The notes below the pieces were generated by a model that saw only the letters and a program-made list of their open reading frames with translations, did no database searches and was not told the origin of the DNA. Source: an archaeon (GTDB lineage: Archaea; Nanobdellota; Nanobdellia; Woesearchaeales; GW2011-AR15). Taken from it: a stretch of 64,000 nt of DNA. The stretch's first letter is position 1. Every line of letters begins with the position of its first letter. Location: positions 15,202 to 79,201 of the forward strand of contig JAZDLQ010000017.1 of NCBI GenBank assembly GCA_043801855.1, read 5' to 3'. The position numbers and the translations under genes were made by a program. Positions 47,208-60,700 of the stretch are shown piece by piece.

Positions 47208-47735
47208 TCAATCCATTGCAACAACGCTGTCTACAAACATATTTAAGTCTTTTACTAATTCTTCGCTATCCTCTTTTAATGCGACAAAAACAGATTTTTT
47301 TCCAAGCACCCGTATCTTGGTGATAAGGTTATGCGTAAACTTAATGACTGAATTTATATCCTGATAAACAATAAGCGTTGAAATTGTGTCAAAAATAGCG
47401 TTATCGCATCCCTTGTCAGACAAACCTTCTGAAAATGCAAGGCTGATATCTGTCAATGCAGTAGGTGATGAAATATATGTGCAGTTATTAGTATTAGTGG
47501 TAGACTGGACAGTATTAGTGATTGCATCAACAAAATAAAATTTGGAAGCTTCAATATTTCTCGACTTAAGCGCATTTACAATAGTGTTACTCGGTTTATT
47601 TAGAGTAACATAACAGACTTTATTTGATATGCTGCTTACAAGAGATAGAAGTTCCTGGGAATTTTTTATATAATTTCCCTTGCTCATTACAACTAGAGTT
47701 ACTTCACTATTAAGTAAATCCTCTTTTATTCCCAT
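47208..47735 (-). CDS. hypothetical protein, paralog of 42022-42615
   Basis: See 42022-42615. First gene of a minus-strand operon with the KaiC-like ATPase. Confidence 0.45.
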   Translation of the reverse strand: MGIKEDLLNSEVTLVVMSKGNYIKNSQELLSLVSSISNKVCYVTLNKPSNTIVNALKSRNIEASKFYFVDAITNTVQSTTNTNNCTYISSPTALTDISLAFSEGLSDKGCDNAIFDTISTLIVYQDINSVIKFTHNLITKIRVLGKKSVFVALKEDSEELVKDLNMFVDSVVAMD

Positions 47736-48038
47736 TATTTTTGGTAAATATAAACTCCTTTTTAACTCTTTTGTATAAATTACGGCAAATAAAAAGCTTT
47801 ATATATCATATAAATTATTATTTTGCTTGGGGGTTGATGCTAGTCAATTATCATTGTTATTTGCATAATTAAGCACTGTTGGTGACTTATTGATCGTCTA
47901 CTGCGCTTATCTTGAAACAGACAAATAGCTTTATTTTTGATTTTGCACCTTATGTTGCCATTCCTGCATGATAGAGCAAGATTCTTTTTGGTTTTAGAAA
48001 TATTTATAAATTATACTCTTTTTGATATATTATTATAT

Positions 48039-48143
48039 CTTAAAAGATATAACTGATTGAAAAAATAAAATTATAATAAAAACTTTTATATAGTATAATT
48101 ATAACTAAGAAAAGATATAACATTATACTATAAAAGATATAAT
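48039..48143. promoter_or_regulatory. operator-like perfect palindrome TTATATCTTAAAAGATATAA (48039-48058) plus two further AAGATATAA(C/T) half-sites (48111-48120, 48134-48143)
   Basis: 20-bp inverted repeat and repeated half-sites read directly in the sequence. A fourth half-site (AGAGATATAAC) lies at 48215-48225. Confidence 0.5.
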
Positions 48144-48195
48144 ACTCATCAGAGGGAAAACAATTAAAGAGGGAAAGAGGGGGCTGGAATCTGAG

Positions 48196-48771
48196 ATAGT
48201 TTCGCTTTTCAATAGAGATATAACTCTTTTAGCGAGCATCAATCAGCTTTCCAAAAAATTAAACAAGGCATACCCTTACATAAACAAAAAGGTAAGCGAG
48301 CTTATCCAGCAGGACGTATTTAAGAAAATTGATGTAGGAAGGTCTTATCTTTGCTCTGTAAACCTAAAAAATGAGCGCGCAGTTTTTCTTCTATCAATAA
48401 ATGAGATTGACAAAAAAGAGGCGTTCATAAAAAAGAACAAGGATATCAGGCTTGATGACATCCATTCATTAAAATCAAAATTCAAAGTCCATACTATCCT
48501 TTATTCATCAGGCAGCCTGATATTTGTCCTTGATTACATAAATGACAAAGATGCGATATTAAACCAGTATCCATCACTTAAAAAAATAAGCACCCTTTTT
48601 TTTGATAAGCAAAGTTTCCAGGAATATATCTTGTCAGATAGGGAAGTCATCGATAATCACATCCTTATCTACTCGTTTGAAAAATTCTTTGAACTGCTTT
48701 CTGAAATTGATGACCGGCTTATGCTTAAACATTCTTCAATATTTGGCAAAAACAGAGGCGGCCTGCAATGA
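48196..48771 (+). CDS. winged-helix-like putative regulator (~190 aa) translationally coupled to the giant gene; apparent ATA start
   Basis: Frame open 48121-48771 with no ATG/GTG/TTG until near the end. ..ITLLASINQLSKKLNKAYPYINKKVSELIQQDVFKK.. resembles a wHTH. Stop TGA overlaps ATG of the giant ORF (ATGA). AGAGGGGG upstream. Confidence 0.4.
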   Translation: MVSLFNRDITLLASINQLSKKLNKAYPYINKKVSELIQQDVFKKIDVGRSYLCSVNLKNERAVFLLSINEIDKKEAFIKKNKDIRLDDIHSLKSKFKVHTILYSSGSLIFVLDYINDKDAILNQYPSLKKISTLFFDKQSFQEYILSDREVIDNHILIYSFEKFFELLSEIDDRLMLKHSSIFGKNRGGLQ

Positions 48772-51700
48772 AAAAAAAGCTTAGCCTGATTTTGTGTGTA
48801 GTTGTATTTTCAGCGATTGCTTCTATTAGTTATGCAAATGCTGGTTATGTCTCTAAATATATTGCGCTTGAAAAAGAAACATATGCAGCAAAAGAAAGGA
48901 TAAATATCATCATTGATGCGCAGTCGCTTCCACAACTTAGCCTAAGGATATTAAGCGCTGAAAAAGAATATAGCTATTCTGGCCCTAAAAATACAGTATT
49001 TTTCTTGACGCAGTCAAATGGCCTGCATACAGTTGAGCTTTACAGCCAGAATATTTTAATCGATTCAGTTTCTTTTAATGTAAGCGATACCTTGCCAATA
49101 GTTTCACAACCTGAAATTAAAGAAGATGTATTACAAAAAAATTTTTCATTAATAAAAAACGATTCGGAAACAATTAATCAGCCTGTCCCTGCTCAGCATT
49201 CTAAAAGCCATTACCTTACTCTTGACAGAAAAGTCTATTATGAAAAAACCCCCGTAAGCATTAACCTATCAGCAGACCGATTCAAAAATGAGTCTGTTCT
49301 TGTAATAAAATATGCTGATAAGGAATATAAATTCATGAGTGAACTGACTGACACCATTAATTACATTCCATACACTCCTGGTAATTATTCGATCATACTA
49401 AAAGACCTAGTAAATAATATTATTGAATCAGTTGACTTTGAGGTATTAAAAAATGGAGCAGAAATTCCGCAAACTGATATCCATTTAAATATAACTGAGC
49501 AAAACAATCCAGGATTAAGCCAAGCTTTGCCTTCTATAAATAGTTCAATTCTAAATAGTTCTGTTCTAAATAATTCTAATGTCTCTTTTGGTAGTTTATT
49601 AAATGATACAATAAGCATATTTGAAAATAATATATCCGAATTTCAAAATATCACGAATAGCACTGATAATTATCATTTGATGCCATTAGATAATCTAACT
49701 AATCTAGTTGCAAAACCAAGGCAATTTATTAAAAACAGCAAAGGAGTATTAATGGATGCAACGTTTAATTTGACACAGGAAGCAGTAATTTTAGAAGCTT
49801 TTAATGGTTCTTTTGAAAATATTTCTTCTATTAAAAAATATAGTGCAACATTCAAGCCAAGATCAAAAAAAGATTTTGAACTAAAATTCAATGAATTTGC
49901 ATTCAATGATACAACTGAAATCAAATTTGAAGAGATTGATGTTTCCCAAGTAATTAGGCATAAAGAGCTTGCTGGGCTTGATGTTAAAGATGCATTTGCA
50001 ATAGACCCAACGCAGCTTGATTTTGCAAGCGCGCAGATAACAACGATTGCAAAAGGAACATCCCTTTACAAGTGCAAAGAATATGATTTTACAAGCCAGA
50101 TCTGCAATGGTTCCTGGATTAAAATAATGGATTTGATTCCAGGGCAGGAGTATTCTGTTGAGATATCACATGATGACCCTGCTTTTGCAGAAGTTGGCGT
50201 TGCCTCAATTAATTCACTCAAATCAATATACTATCCCGGGGAAACAGCAGAGCTTCTAATAGTTGTGCTTGACAGGTATGGATACTTGGCAGGAAACGCA
50301 AATGTTAGTGTAATTATTACAAGCCCAGCAAACTACAGCTATTTTTTATCAACAGATATAGGTTCGATTACAACTTTTGAAAGAGGGATTTACAGCGCCA
50401 ATTTTACAGGCACGATGGATGAAGGGTATTATACAATGCTTGTTTTTGCGTCAGGAATTAATGTAAACCAGACAATGAGCTCATATTTTATCGTAAAGAA
50501 TTATTATGAATTTGATATAATAAGAAATGCTCCAGTTACAATTGACCCATGGAAAAATTATTTTAATGTAAGTATTGAAATTATCTCAAACAATTATACT
50601 GGTACATTTAATTTTACAGAAAAAATTCCACTAAATTTCTCAATTATTGAAGCGCCTGGCGCAATATTAACTCAAGATGATGCCTTTAGGTATCTGACAT
50701 GGCGTGATGTGTATAATAGCACCAATTTTACATATTCTGCAAATGCGCCATTGATAACACCTGACCTTTATTCTATTGGTCCAGCGCAGATTTATTTTGA
50801 TAGCCAGATATTTGAAGAGGGGAGGCCTTGGTTTATTGCAGTAGATCCGCAGTTTGCTGCGTCAGCTAAATATGAAATATCACTAGCTTCCCTTGATAAC
50901 CAGACATTTGTAATCTCTTATATTGATGCAACATCATATGCAGCATGCTTTCAAGTGCTTGCAACAAATGGGACAGCTCTAGTTGGTGAGACTTGCCCAA
51001 ACGCAAATGTAGATGTTGATGGAAGAATTGATATTGCAGCAATTAATAGGACGCACTTTGCGATAAATATCTATGATGGGACAGCTGCTGATAATAATGA
51101 TGAGTACTATATATATAATAGGAATGGAAACCAGGAGCTTGGAAGGACAGAGTTTGATGCAAATGCTGGAACAAACGTCGATACAACAGTATGCTCACTG
51201 ACCGATAGGCTTGTTTTCAATTGGCAAGACCCAAATGATGGAAACGATGACCATGGTGAGATATGGAGTTATCGTGGAGTAAATCTTGTAGGCGAAACAG
51301 ATATTGATGCAAATAGTGCACCTGGTGCAACGCTGCAAAACTTAGCTGATTGCGCAGCAATTTCATCTACAAGATGGATTGCAGCAGAATATGATGATCA
51401 GGCAAATTCAGCTACTGTTGCAGTCTATTCAAATACATTTGCGGCAGCAATTGCGCTATTTAATGTTGATGCAAATGTTGGAGAGACAGGACAAGTTGCA
51501 GTAACTGCGTTAAAAAATAACAGATATGCATTCCTTTATTATGATAGTAACACTCAGGACATTTCTTTTGCGATAGGCGATATTACTGGTGATGTAAATA
51601 CCTACATCACTGGCCCAAAAGTGATTGAGAATAATCCTGGAACTTCAGCAAGGGTTGGTGTTACTGAAGTTCTTGTAAATGGTGTTAGCTATGTTGCAGG

Positions 51701-54700
51701 TACATGGTATGAGCAGGCAACAGGAACTATCAGAGCAGCTGTTTTTGACCAATATGGAAACTTAACTGTTCCAATATTTACTGTTGAAAATAACCCAAGT
51801 GCAACAAACCTTCTTTTGGGAATTACAGGAGGAGATTCGCTGTCAGGCACAAGCCTTTGCAACAGGAATTTTATAGTTGCATATACAGATAGCGCAAATA
51901 CAGCACAATATAAAAGATACAATTATCACGGAGAGCCTTGGGATGGCATATGTGTTACAGATTCTCAAGTGCCATCAATAAGTTTGAATGTGCCTTATAA
52001 CAACTCTGTTTATACTTATTCAAACATCACTTTTAATATTACAGCAATTGACAACCGTGACATCAGCCTTTGGTGTAATATTAGTGTTGATGGCGTATTA
52101 AGAGTTACAAATTACAGCGCAGCAAACAATTCATTTAATTTAACAACAATTAATGTTGCTGATGGATATCATTCATGGAACGCAAGCTGCGCTGATGATG
52201 ATAACAACCGCAACTTTACGCAGTTAAGCTATTTTTCTGTTGATGTTTTAGACAATAAGCAGGTTGATGATTCAGAAGGAGTTGATGTAGCAGGAATTGC
52301 TCTTGACAACACAACAATTGTAACAGCATGGATAGACACAAAAGATTCAAAAGCCTCTTTTGCAATCTGGAACACAAATGGCACCCTTATTAAAGAACAA
52401 ACTGTAGTTGATTCATTAGTTGACACAATTAGCAGGATTGCAATTACTCCTATAAATACAACTCATTTTATAATTTCTATAGTAGATGGCCCTGAAGATG
52501 ACCTTGACTTTTATATCTATGACAGGAATGCAACTCTTGTTTTAGGAAAAACAGAAGCAGACAATGATATCGGTGCATTTACAGATGTCAAAATATGCCA
52601 GCTTGGAACACAGTTTGTCTTAGTAGACGCAAATGACAATGACAATGATGCAGATTTTAGAGTTTATAACAATATTGGGACAATTGCTGTCACAGAATTA
52701 AATGTAGATGGTGGAATGGAGCCCGATGTATCGCTAAATAATCTTGTTGATTGCGCAGCTCTATCATCAACTAGATGGGTCTATTCATGGTTTGACGACG
52801 GTTCTGATGTTGTAAGTTATTCAGTTAGGGATAATGCAGGAACAAGTATAATTGGCCAGACTAATATTGACGCTGCATCTGGCGGCACAGCGCAGGTTGC
52901 ATCAGTTGGTTTACGTAACAACAGGTTTGCATATGCATTTTATGATGCAGCTGCAACTACTGTTTATTTAACGATCAGGGAATTAAGTGGTGCAGTTGTA
53001 AATACAATTCTTGCAAATACTGTACTTGATGCAACAGCAGGCGCATCAAGCAGGGTTGCGGTTACTGAGGTTGAATTTGGAGGCGTAAGCCATGTGGCAG
53101 TAGCGTGGCAGGATACAACAACAGGTGATATAAAAGCTGCTGTTTATGATTCCGATGGAGCAGTTGTTGCACCTCCATTTACAATCACTGCAAATGAAGA
53201 TGATGCATACAGCCTAATTTCATTAGTTGGAACAAATTCATTATTGAATTTTGGCTTATGCGACGGCAAATTTGCAATTATATATACAAATTCATCGAAT
53301 AATTTAATGTTTGATACTTTTTTTGATGTTGGCGTTCCATGGGATGGAAAATGCACTCCTGATGAGACGCCTCCTGCTATATCATTAATTGAGCCTATAG
53401 CATATGCAAATTATACCAATTCAAGCATATTGTTTAACTGGAGTGCAGCAGATAATATTGATCCAACAGTTCTTTGCAATCTTTATGTTGATGGAATAAG
53501 AAAAGCAGAGAATATTTCAACAGGAACTGATGATTTTGCTAATTATACATTAGGGATACCTGATGGAAACCACACATGGAATGTATCATGCTTTGATTCC
53601 AGGCTTAACTTAAATACAAGTGTGACAAGATACTTCACTGTTGATGTCCCTCAAGGTTATATTGATTCAAATGAGGCAGTTGATGTTGATATGGCAGCAA
53701 TTGATAATACAACATTAATTGTTGCATGGATTGATAATCAGGCAGGAAGGCCTGCTTCATTTGAAGTTTGGAGCACTAATGGTACATTATTAGTTGATCA
53801 GACAATAGTTGATGCAACTGGTGACAGGGATTCAAGAGTTGCAGTAAGCGCAATAAATAGGACGCATTTTGCTTTTGTTGTTGCAGATGGCCCTGATGAT
53901 GATATTGATATATATGTCTATCATAAAAATGGTTCAAGATCAATTGGGCCAACGCAGCTTAGCGCTGACACTGCAATTTTTACTGATACTTTTGCTTGCA
54001 GCCTTGGAAACAGGTTTGTTGCAGGATATGCAAATGATTTTGATAATGATGCTGATTTTCAGATTTACACAAATGCCGGTGCGCAGGTATTAATAGAAAC
54101 AAATGTTGATGGCGGCATGAATCCAGATGAACGGAGCCAAAACTTAATTGACTGCACAGTACTTTCTTCTACAAGATGGATATATTCATGGTTTGATGAC
54201 GGCTCAAATTTTGTAAGCATTGCAGCAAGAGATGAAGCAGGAACAAATGTTGTTGCCCAGACAAACATTGATGCAGCTGTTGGCGAGCAGGCGCAGGTTG
54301 CCTCAGCTAATCTGCTGAATAATAAGTTTGGGTTTTTATATTATGATTCAACAAATAACAACATAAATTACACTGTAAGGGAGTTATCTGGTGCAGCTTT
54401 CACAACAATTTTACCTAGCACTCTTCTTGATGATAATGCAGGAGCAGTTGCAGTTCTAAGCGCTGCTGAAATAAGTGATGGCATTGAAAGCTATAATGCG
54501 TTTGTATGGCAGGATAATGATGCAGGAAACATAAAAGCAGCAGTAATAGATTCTAATGGTACAATAATCACAGCGCCTTTTGTAATTAACAGCGCCCCTG
54601 ATGCATCATACCAGCTTATTGATGCAGTCGGTTATGATTCAGTTATAAATAATGGCTTATGCCCTGGAACATTTGCTGTTGCATATACAAATTCATCTGC

Positions 54701-57700
54701 TGAATTTACATTTGATTTGTTTTATTTTAATGGTGAGAGATGGGATGGTGTATGCAGATACACACCACCTTCAATTGCATTTTCATACCCAACACCTGGC
54801 GATGGCGTTCAAACGTCAAATGACAGTGTCCAATTGAAAGTAAGTATAAATGAATCAAACATGAAAAGCCTTACATTCACATGGGATGGCACAGGATATA
54901 CGCACTTTGATGACTCGCTTGTTTTGATGTATAACTTAGATAATGTCTCAGCAATTGGTGAGACTGGTACAAGAGTAGTTGACTTAAGCGTTCATGGTAA
55001 TAATGGAACAGTAACTAATGCAGTTGCAAACGCAAGCTGCCAATTTAACGGCTGCTATTATTTTGACGGTAATAATGATTACATACAAACTGCTGATGCA
55101 CCCGAACTTGGCCAACGCGTAAATTTTACTGTATCAATGTGGGTCTATGATACTGATCCTAGAGTTGATCGACAACTTGAGAAAGGCGATTCATATTTTT
55201 TCCTTGATGATATAAATGCTGGAGGGTGTGCGAACCCTGGCAGGTGGCAGTTTTTAGTTAAGCAAAGCAATGTTAACTTTTGTGTCGAAGATACTGTAGC
55301 GCATGAGCAGAGCAGATGGTATCATATACTTGGGATGAAAAATGACACGCATATTTCAATATATGTAGATGGCGTGTACAAGGCAAGTACAACTTTATCT
55401 GGCTTAATCGATGACGATGACCTTGCACTAATGATTGGCGCAGATGATTCAGCAAGCAATGATTTTATAGGATTAATCGATGAAGTAAGGATCTATAATA
55501 ACACTTTTAACAGTTCAGAAATAAGGCAATTGTATTATTCAAGCCTGAATAAATATGCAAGTGATAAATGGTATCTAACTGTAAATGAAGGCGACCTTGC
55601 CTTTGATGGCAACACCTATAAGGCTCAAGTGTATGATAATTACGGAAGCACAAGATCTACTGGGCAAAGGACACTTAACTATTATCTATATAGTTTGATA
55701 GATACAGACCCTCTTGTAGATATTGATACAATTGCAATAGATTCAACAAAAACAGTTCTTGCCTGGATTGACGGCGGAAGCTTTGAAGCTGATTTTGAAA
55801 TCTGGGACACTAATGGAACAATTCTTGTTTTTAGTTCTACAATTGATGCAACTGGAAATGCTGAAAGCAGAATTGCTCTTGCAGCAATAAACACAACAAC
55901 ATATGTTATTGGAATATCTGATGGCCCTGATACTGATGATGATATTGATTTTTATATCTATGATATTTCCGGATACTTATTGTCTGGGCCAACTGAAGTA
56001 GATGACAATATTGGGGATGCAGGTTCAGATGAGAGTGACGTTGCACTGTGCCAGCTTGGCGACAGGTTTGCAATACCTTATGTTGATGACACTGATGTAA
56101 CAGATAATTCTGCATCATTTTGGATGTATTACAACAACGGCTCATCGATTCCTGTAAGCTATGGGCACCTTGATGATGTTATTGCTCCTGGCAGGACAAG
56201 GCAGAACCTGATTGATTGCGCAGCATTAAGCTCTTCTAGGTGGGCTTCTGTCTGGTTTGATGATAACGATAATGATGCTACAATGAGGCTTGTTGATAGT
56301 GACGGGAATTTTTTAACTATTGAAACAGATCTAGATACTGATATTGGTGAAATTGGACAAGTCGCATCAGCCGGGCTTCCTGATGGAAGGTTTGCAGTTG
56401 CATACTATGATTCAACAGCATTAACTATTGCAATTAGTGTTCAGGATACAAGTACAGATGCATTTGTTCCAGTTTTAGCGCCGACAGTGATTGATGCAAG
56501 TGCAGGAGCAGACAGCAGGGTGTCAGTAGCAGAAGTTGAGTCTTCTCTTGGAGGAAGCAATTTTGTAGTTGCTTGGCGCGATACAAATGCAGGTGATATA
56601 AAAGCAGCGGTATATGATGATGATGGCCTACAGGTAACAGCGCCATTCACTATAACAACTCTGCCGCATGCAACATCCCTTATACTTGATGTTGTTGGCA
56701 CAAATTCTCTTTTAGGCTTTGGCCTTTGCAGTGATAATTTTGGAATATCATATGCAAATTCAACTGGTTCATCAGTTTTTGAAATATTCAATATTGATGG
56801 GTCACATTGGAATGGCATATGTGAAAAGTCACCCCCATTAATTGAATATACTGGGCAGACTCCTGCTGACCTGTCTTTTTCAACAGTCACTTCATTTGAA
56901 ATGAATGTAAGCATAAATGAGTCAAACCTGCGCGATGTCACATTATCTATGGATAGGGTTGATTATAGTATTTATGATTCAACTCTTGCACTAATGTTTA
57001 ATTTTGATAATATAAGTTCAATTGGAGATAACGCAACAAGAGCGCTTGATGTAAGCAGATATGGAAAAAATGGGACAATCAACGGGCCATTGTCATGGAC
57101 ATCAAGCGGAAAGTATGGGGGCGCTTATTCATTCAGTGACAATGCAGATTATATTTCAGTTCCAAATGATGCAACACTTGATTTACAGTCAGCATTTACA
57201 TTAAGCGCATGGATAAGGCCTGATAATTCAGGAAATTCTGATTACCAATCTATAATTACAAAAGAAACTGCAAGTGATAATCGGAATTATTGGCTTACAT
57301 TATGGACTGACGGAACACTGCATCTAAGGTTTTCAAGTTCATCGTTTGCAAGTGACTGTGATGCGGCAGGAGCAACAGACCTTCGTGATGGGACTTGGCA
57401 TCATGTTGCAGGAATTTATAATGGGACGCACTGCCAACTTTTCCTTGATGGTGCAACGCATGCGACAGACACAGTTGCTGCATCTCCTCAAGGGATTGGC
57501 TCATCTTTGTACATTGGATATGCGCAAGGAACCGCAGGAAGAGGGTTTGATGGATTAATAGATGAAGTAAGAATTTTTAATACAGCATATAATTACAGCG
57601 ACGTAAGACAGCTTTATTCCTCAAGCCTAAATAAATATGATACAGACAAATGGCTGTTTTACTCAAAGGAAGAAAACCTTTCAACAGAACAGCACCATTA

Positions 57701-60700
57701 TAGCTTAACATCAATTGACTTGTTTGGAAACACAAATTCAACTGCAGAGCGCGGCTATTCAGTTTATCAGCAGGGTATCTTGGATGATTATGGGATGATT
57801 GATTTGTCCCTTGCATCACTTGATAATACAACTGTAGTTCTTGCGTGGATTGATGCACAGAATTATGATGCATCATTTCAGGTAAGAAGCACAAATGGGA
57901 CAATTATTGCAGGAGAAAATGATATTGATATTAATGGAAATGCAACAAGCAGGATATCAGTAACTCAACTTAACAGGACAACATTTGCAATAGGAATAGT
58001 TGATGATCCTGAAGATGATGTTGATTATTTCATATTCAATAGAGATGGCACAAGAGTTTTATCGCGAACACAGGCAGATAATGATGTTGGTGCAAATACA
58101 GATATCTCTCTTTGCACGTTTGGCGCAAGATTTGCAATAGCAAATGCAAACGATCAGGACAATGATGCAGATTATAGGATTTATTCAAGAGAAGGCGCTT
58201 TGCAGGTATCTGAATTAAATGTTGATGGTGGAATGGAGCCAGATGTGCAGTTGCATAACCTTGTCTCCTGTGCTGGTTTAAGCGCAACACGATATGCTTA
58301 TTCATGGTTTGATGATGGCAGTAATGTAGTTAGCGTTTCAATTATCAATGAGACAGGTGGTGCTGTAATAGCACAGACTAATATTGACGGCGCATCAGGT
58401 GAAGCAGCTCAGGTTGCAATAGCAGGCATGCGAAATAATATGTTTGGCTATATATTTTATGATGCAGCAGCAATAACCGTATATGGTACAATTAGGCAGG
58501 TAAATGGGGTTGCGCTGACATCAATTCTTGCAAATACTGTACTAGATGCAACACTTGGCGCATGGAGCCGGGTTTCTTCTGCTGAAATTGAATCATATGG
58601 AAAAAGCTATATTGCATTTGGATGGCAGGATACAACATCAGGCGATATTAAAGTAACTGTTTATAATGCATCAGGAAGTGTTATTACATCTCCTTTTGTT
58701 GTTGCACAAAACATTAGCGCAAGTAACGTCTTATTTGAAATCGCTGGAACAAATTCACTATTAGGCTTTGGCCTTTGCGATGAAACATTTGCAATAGCTT
58801 ATACTAATTCATCAGGAACAGCAGTGATTGACACCTACGATATATATGGAAACAAATGGAACGGGATATGCGATAGAAATGCGCCAATTGCATCATTTGT
58901 AAATCCAACTCCAGCAGATAGGGCTCCAATTACACAGGATTTTTTTACAATAAATGTAAGCATCAATGAATCCTCGCTTAGCAAAATAAATTATGCATTT
59001 GACTTATCCAGTTACTTAATTTATGATTCAAATACAAAACTTTTGCTTAATTTTGATAATCTTACTTCAATTGGAGAAAACAGTTCAATAGTTGCTGATA
59101 TAAGCAGTTATGGAAATATTGGAAATGTAACTGGCGCATTATTAAATACAAGCCTCTGTAAAACAGGCTTTGGAAAATGCTACAGCTTTGATGGCAATTT
59201 GGATTCAATTGAATTTCAGGATAGCGATTCACTATCGCTTAGCGTTAATTTTACTGTTTCAATGTGGCTATATGACACTTCAGTGCAGAATGATAATATG
59301 CTTGAGAAAGGCGACTCATATTTTATAAAAGATGACTGGACTGCAGACGGATGCACAACAGCTGGAAGATTCCAGTTCCTAGTTAGGCAGAGCAATACAA
59401 ATTATTGTGTAGAAGATTTAGCAGCACACAATCAAAACCAATGGTACAATGTAGTTGGTGTCAAAAATGATTCTCATATTTCAATATATGTAAATGGCGT
59501 TTATAGATCAAGTAGCGCACTTGCAGGAAACATCGATGATGATAACCTTCCGCTAGTTATTGGTGCAGATGATTCAGCGTCAGCAGATTTTATTGGTTTA
59601 GTTGATAAAGTTGCAATTTTTGGAAAAGCACTAAGCAGCGCAGAAGTAGCGCTTCTTTATAACATAAATATATACAAAACAGATGCAACAGGCTATGCTT
59701 TAGAAATAAACCAGACAGCCCTAACTCTAGGCATGCATAACTATACAGCATCAGCTATGGACACTTCATTAAATACGCGCCAGCTTGAAACCAGATTAAT
59801 TTCATATTATTCACTTAGTTACCTTGATAATAATCCTTTCCTTGACATTGAACTTGCCGCTCTTGACAACACAACTGTAGTAATTGCATATATTGATTCT
59901 TACACTAATGAATCATCATTTTATATAATGGACACAAATGGAACTGTTTTGGTTGGTGAAGTAGATATAGATGTTGATGGTAATTTTGAATCAAGAATAT
60001 CAGTTGCGCCAATTAGCAGGAATAGTTTTGTGATTGCAATAATTGATGGGCCTGAAGACGATGTTGATTTTTTTATATATAATAGGACCGGCGGGATTGT
60101 GCGCGATAGGACTCAAGTGTCTGCTAATATTGCGTCAGCAGTTGGAGATTCTCATAGTGATATTGGCCTATGCCAACTAGGAGATAGGTTTATTATCACT
60201 TATGCAAAAGATATTGGCGCAGGCTCAGACCAGGATGCTGAATTTCAGGTTTGGACAAACGCAGGAGTCTTAGTTACAGGAGAAACAGCAGTTGATGATG
60301 TGATGAATGCAGAGCATTATAATTATAATTATGTTGACTGCGCAGCAACATCAGCCTCCAGATGGATCTATACATGGTTTGATGATGGAGATAATGATAT
60401 CTCAGTATCTCTTAGAAACCAGGTCGGAACTGCGGTTTTAGGTGCAGGTGACCTTGACACTGATGTTGGCGAAACAGCTGCTGTTGCTGCAACGGGTCTT
60501 CGAAACAATCGCTTTGCAACAGTATTTTTTGATTCAACTGACAATGACATCTCTTTTGAAATAAGGGATGTAACTGGTGACTCTTCTTATGCAATGGTAA
60601 TTGATAATTATGACATAGATGCAGATCCTGGAACAGAAAGCCGTGTTGCTGCTGCAGAAATTGAATATAACGGGCAAAGCTATTTTGTAGCAGCATGGCA

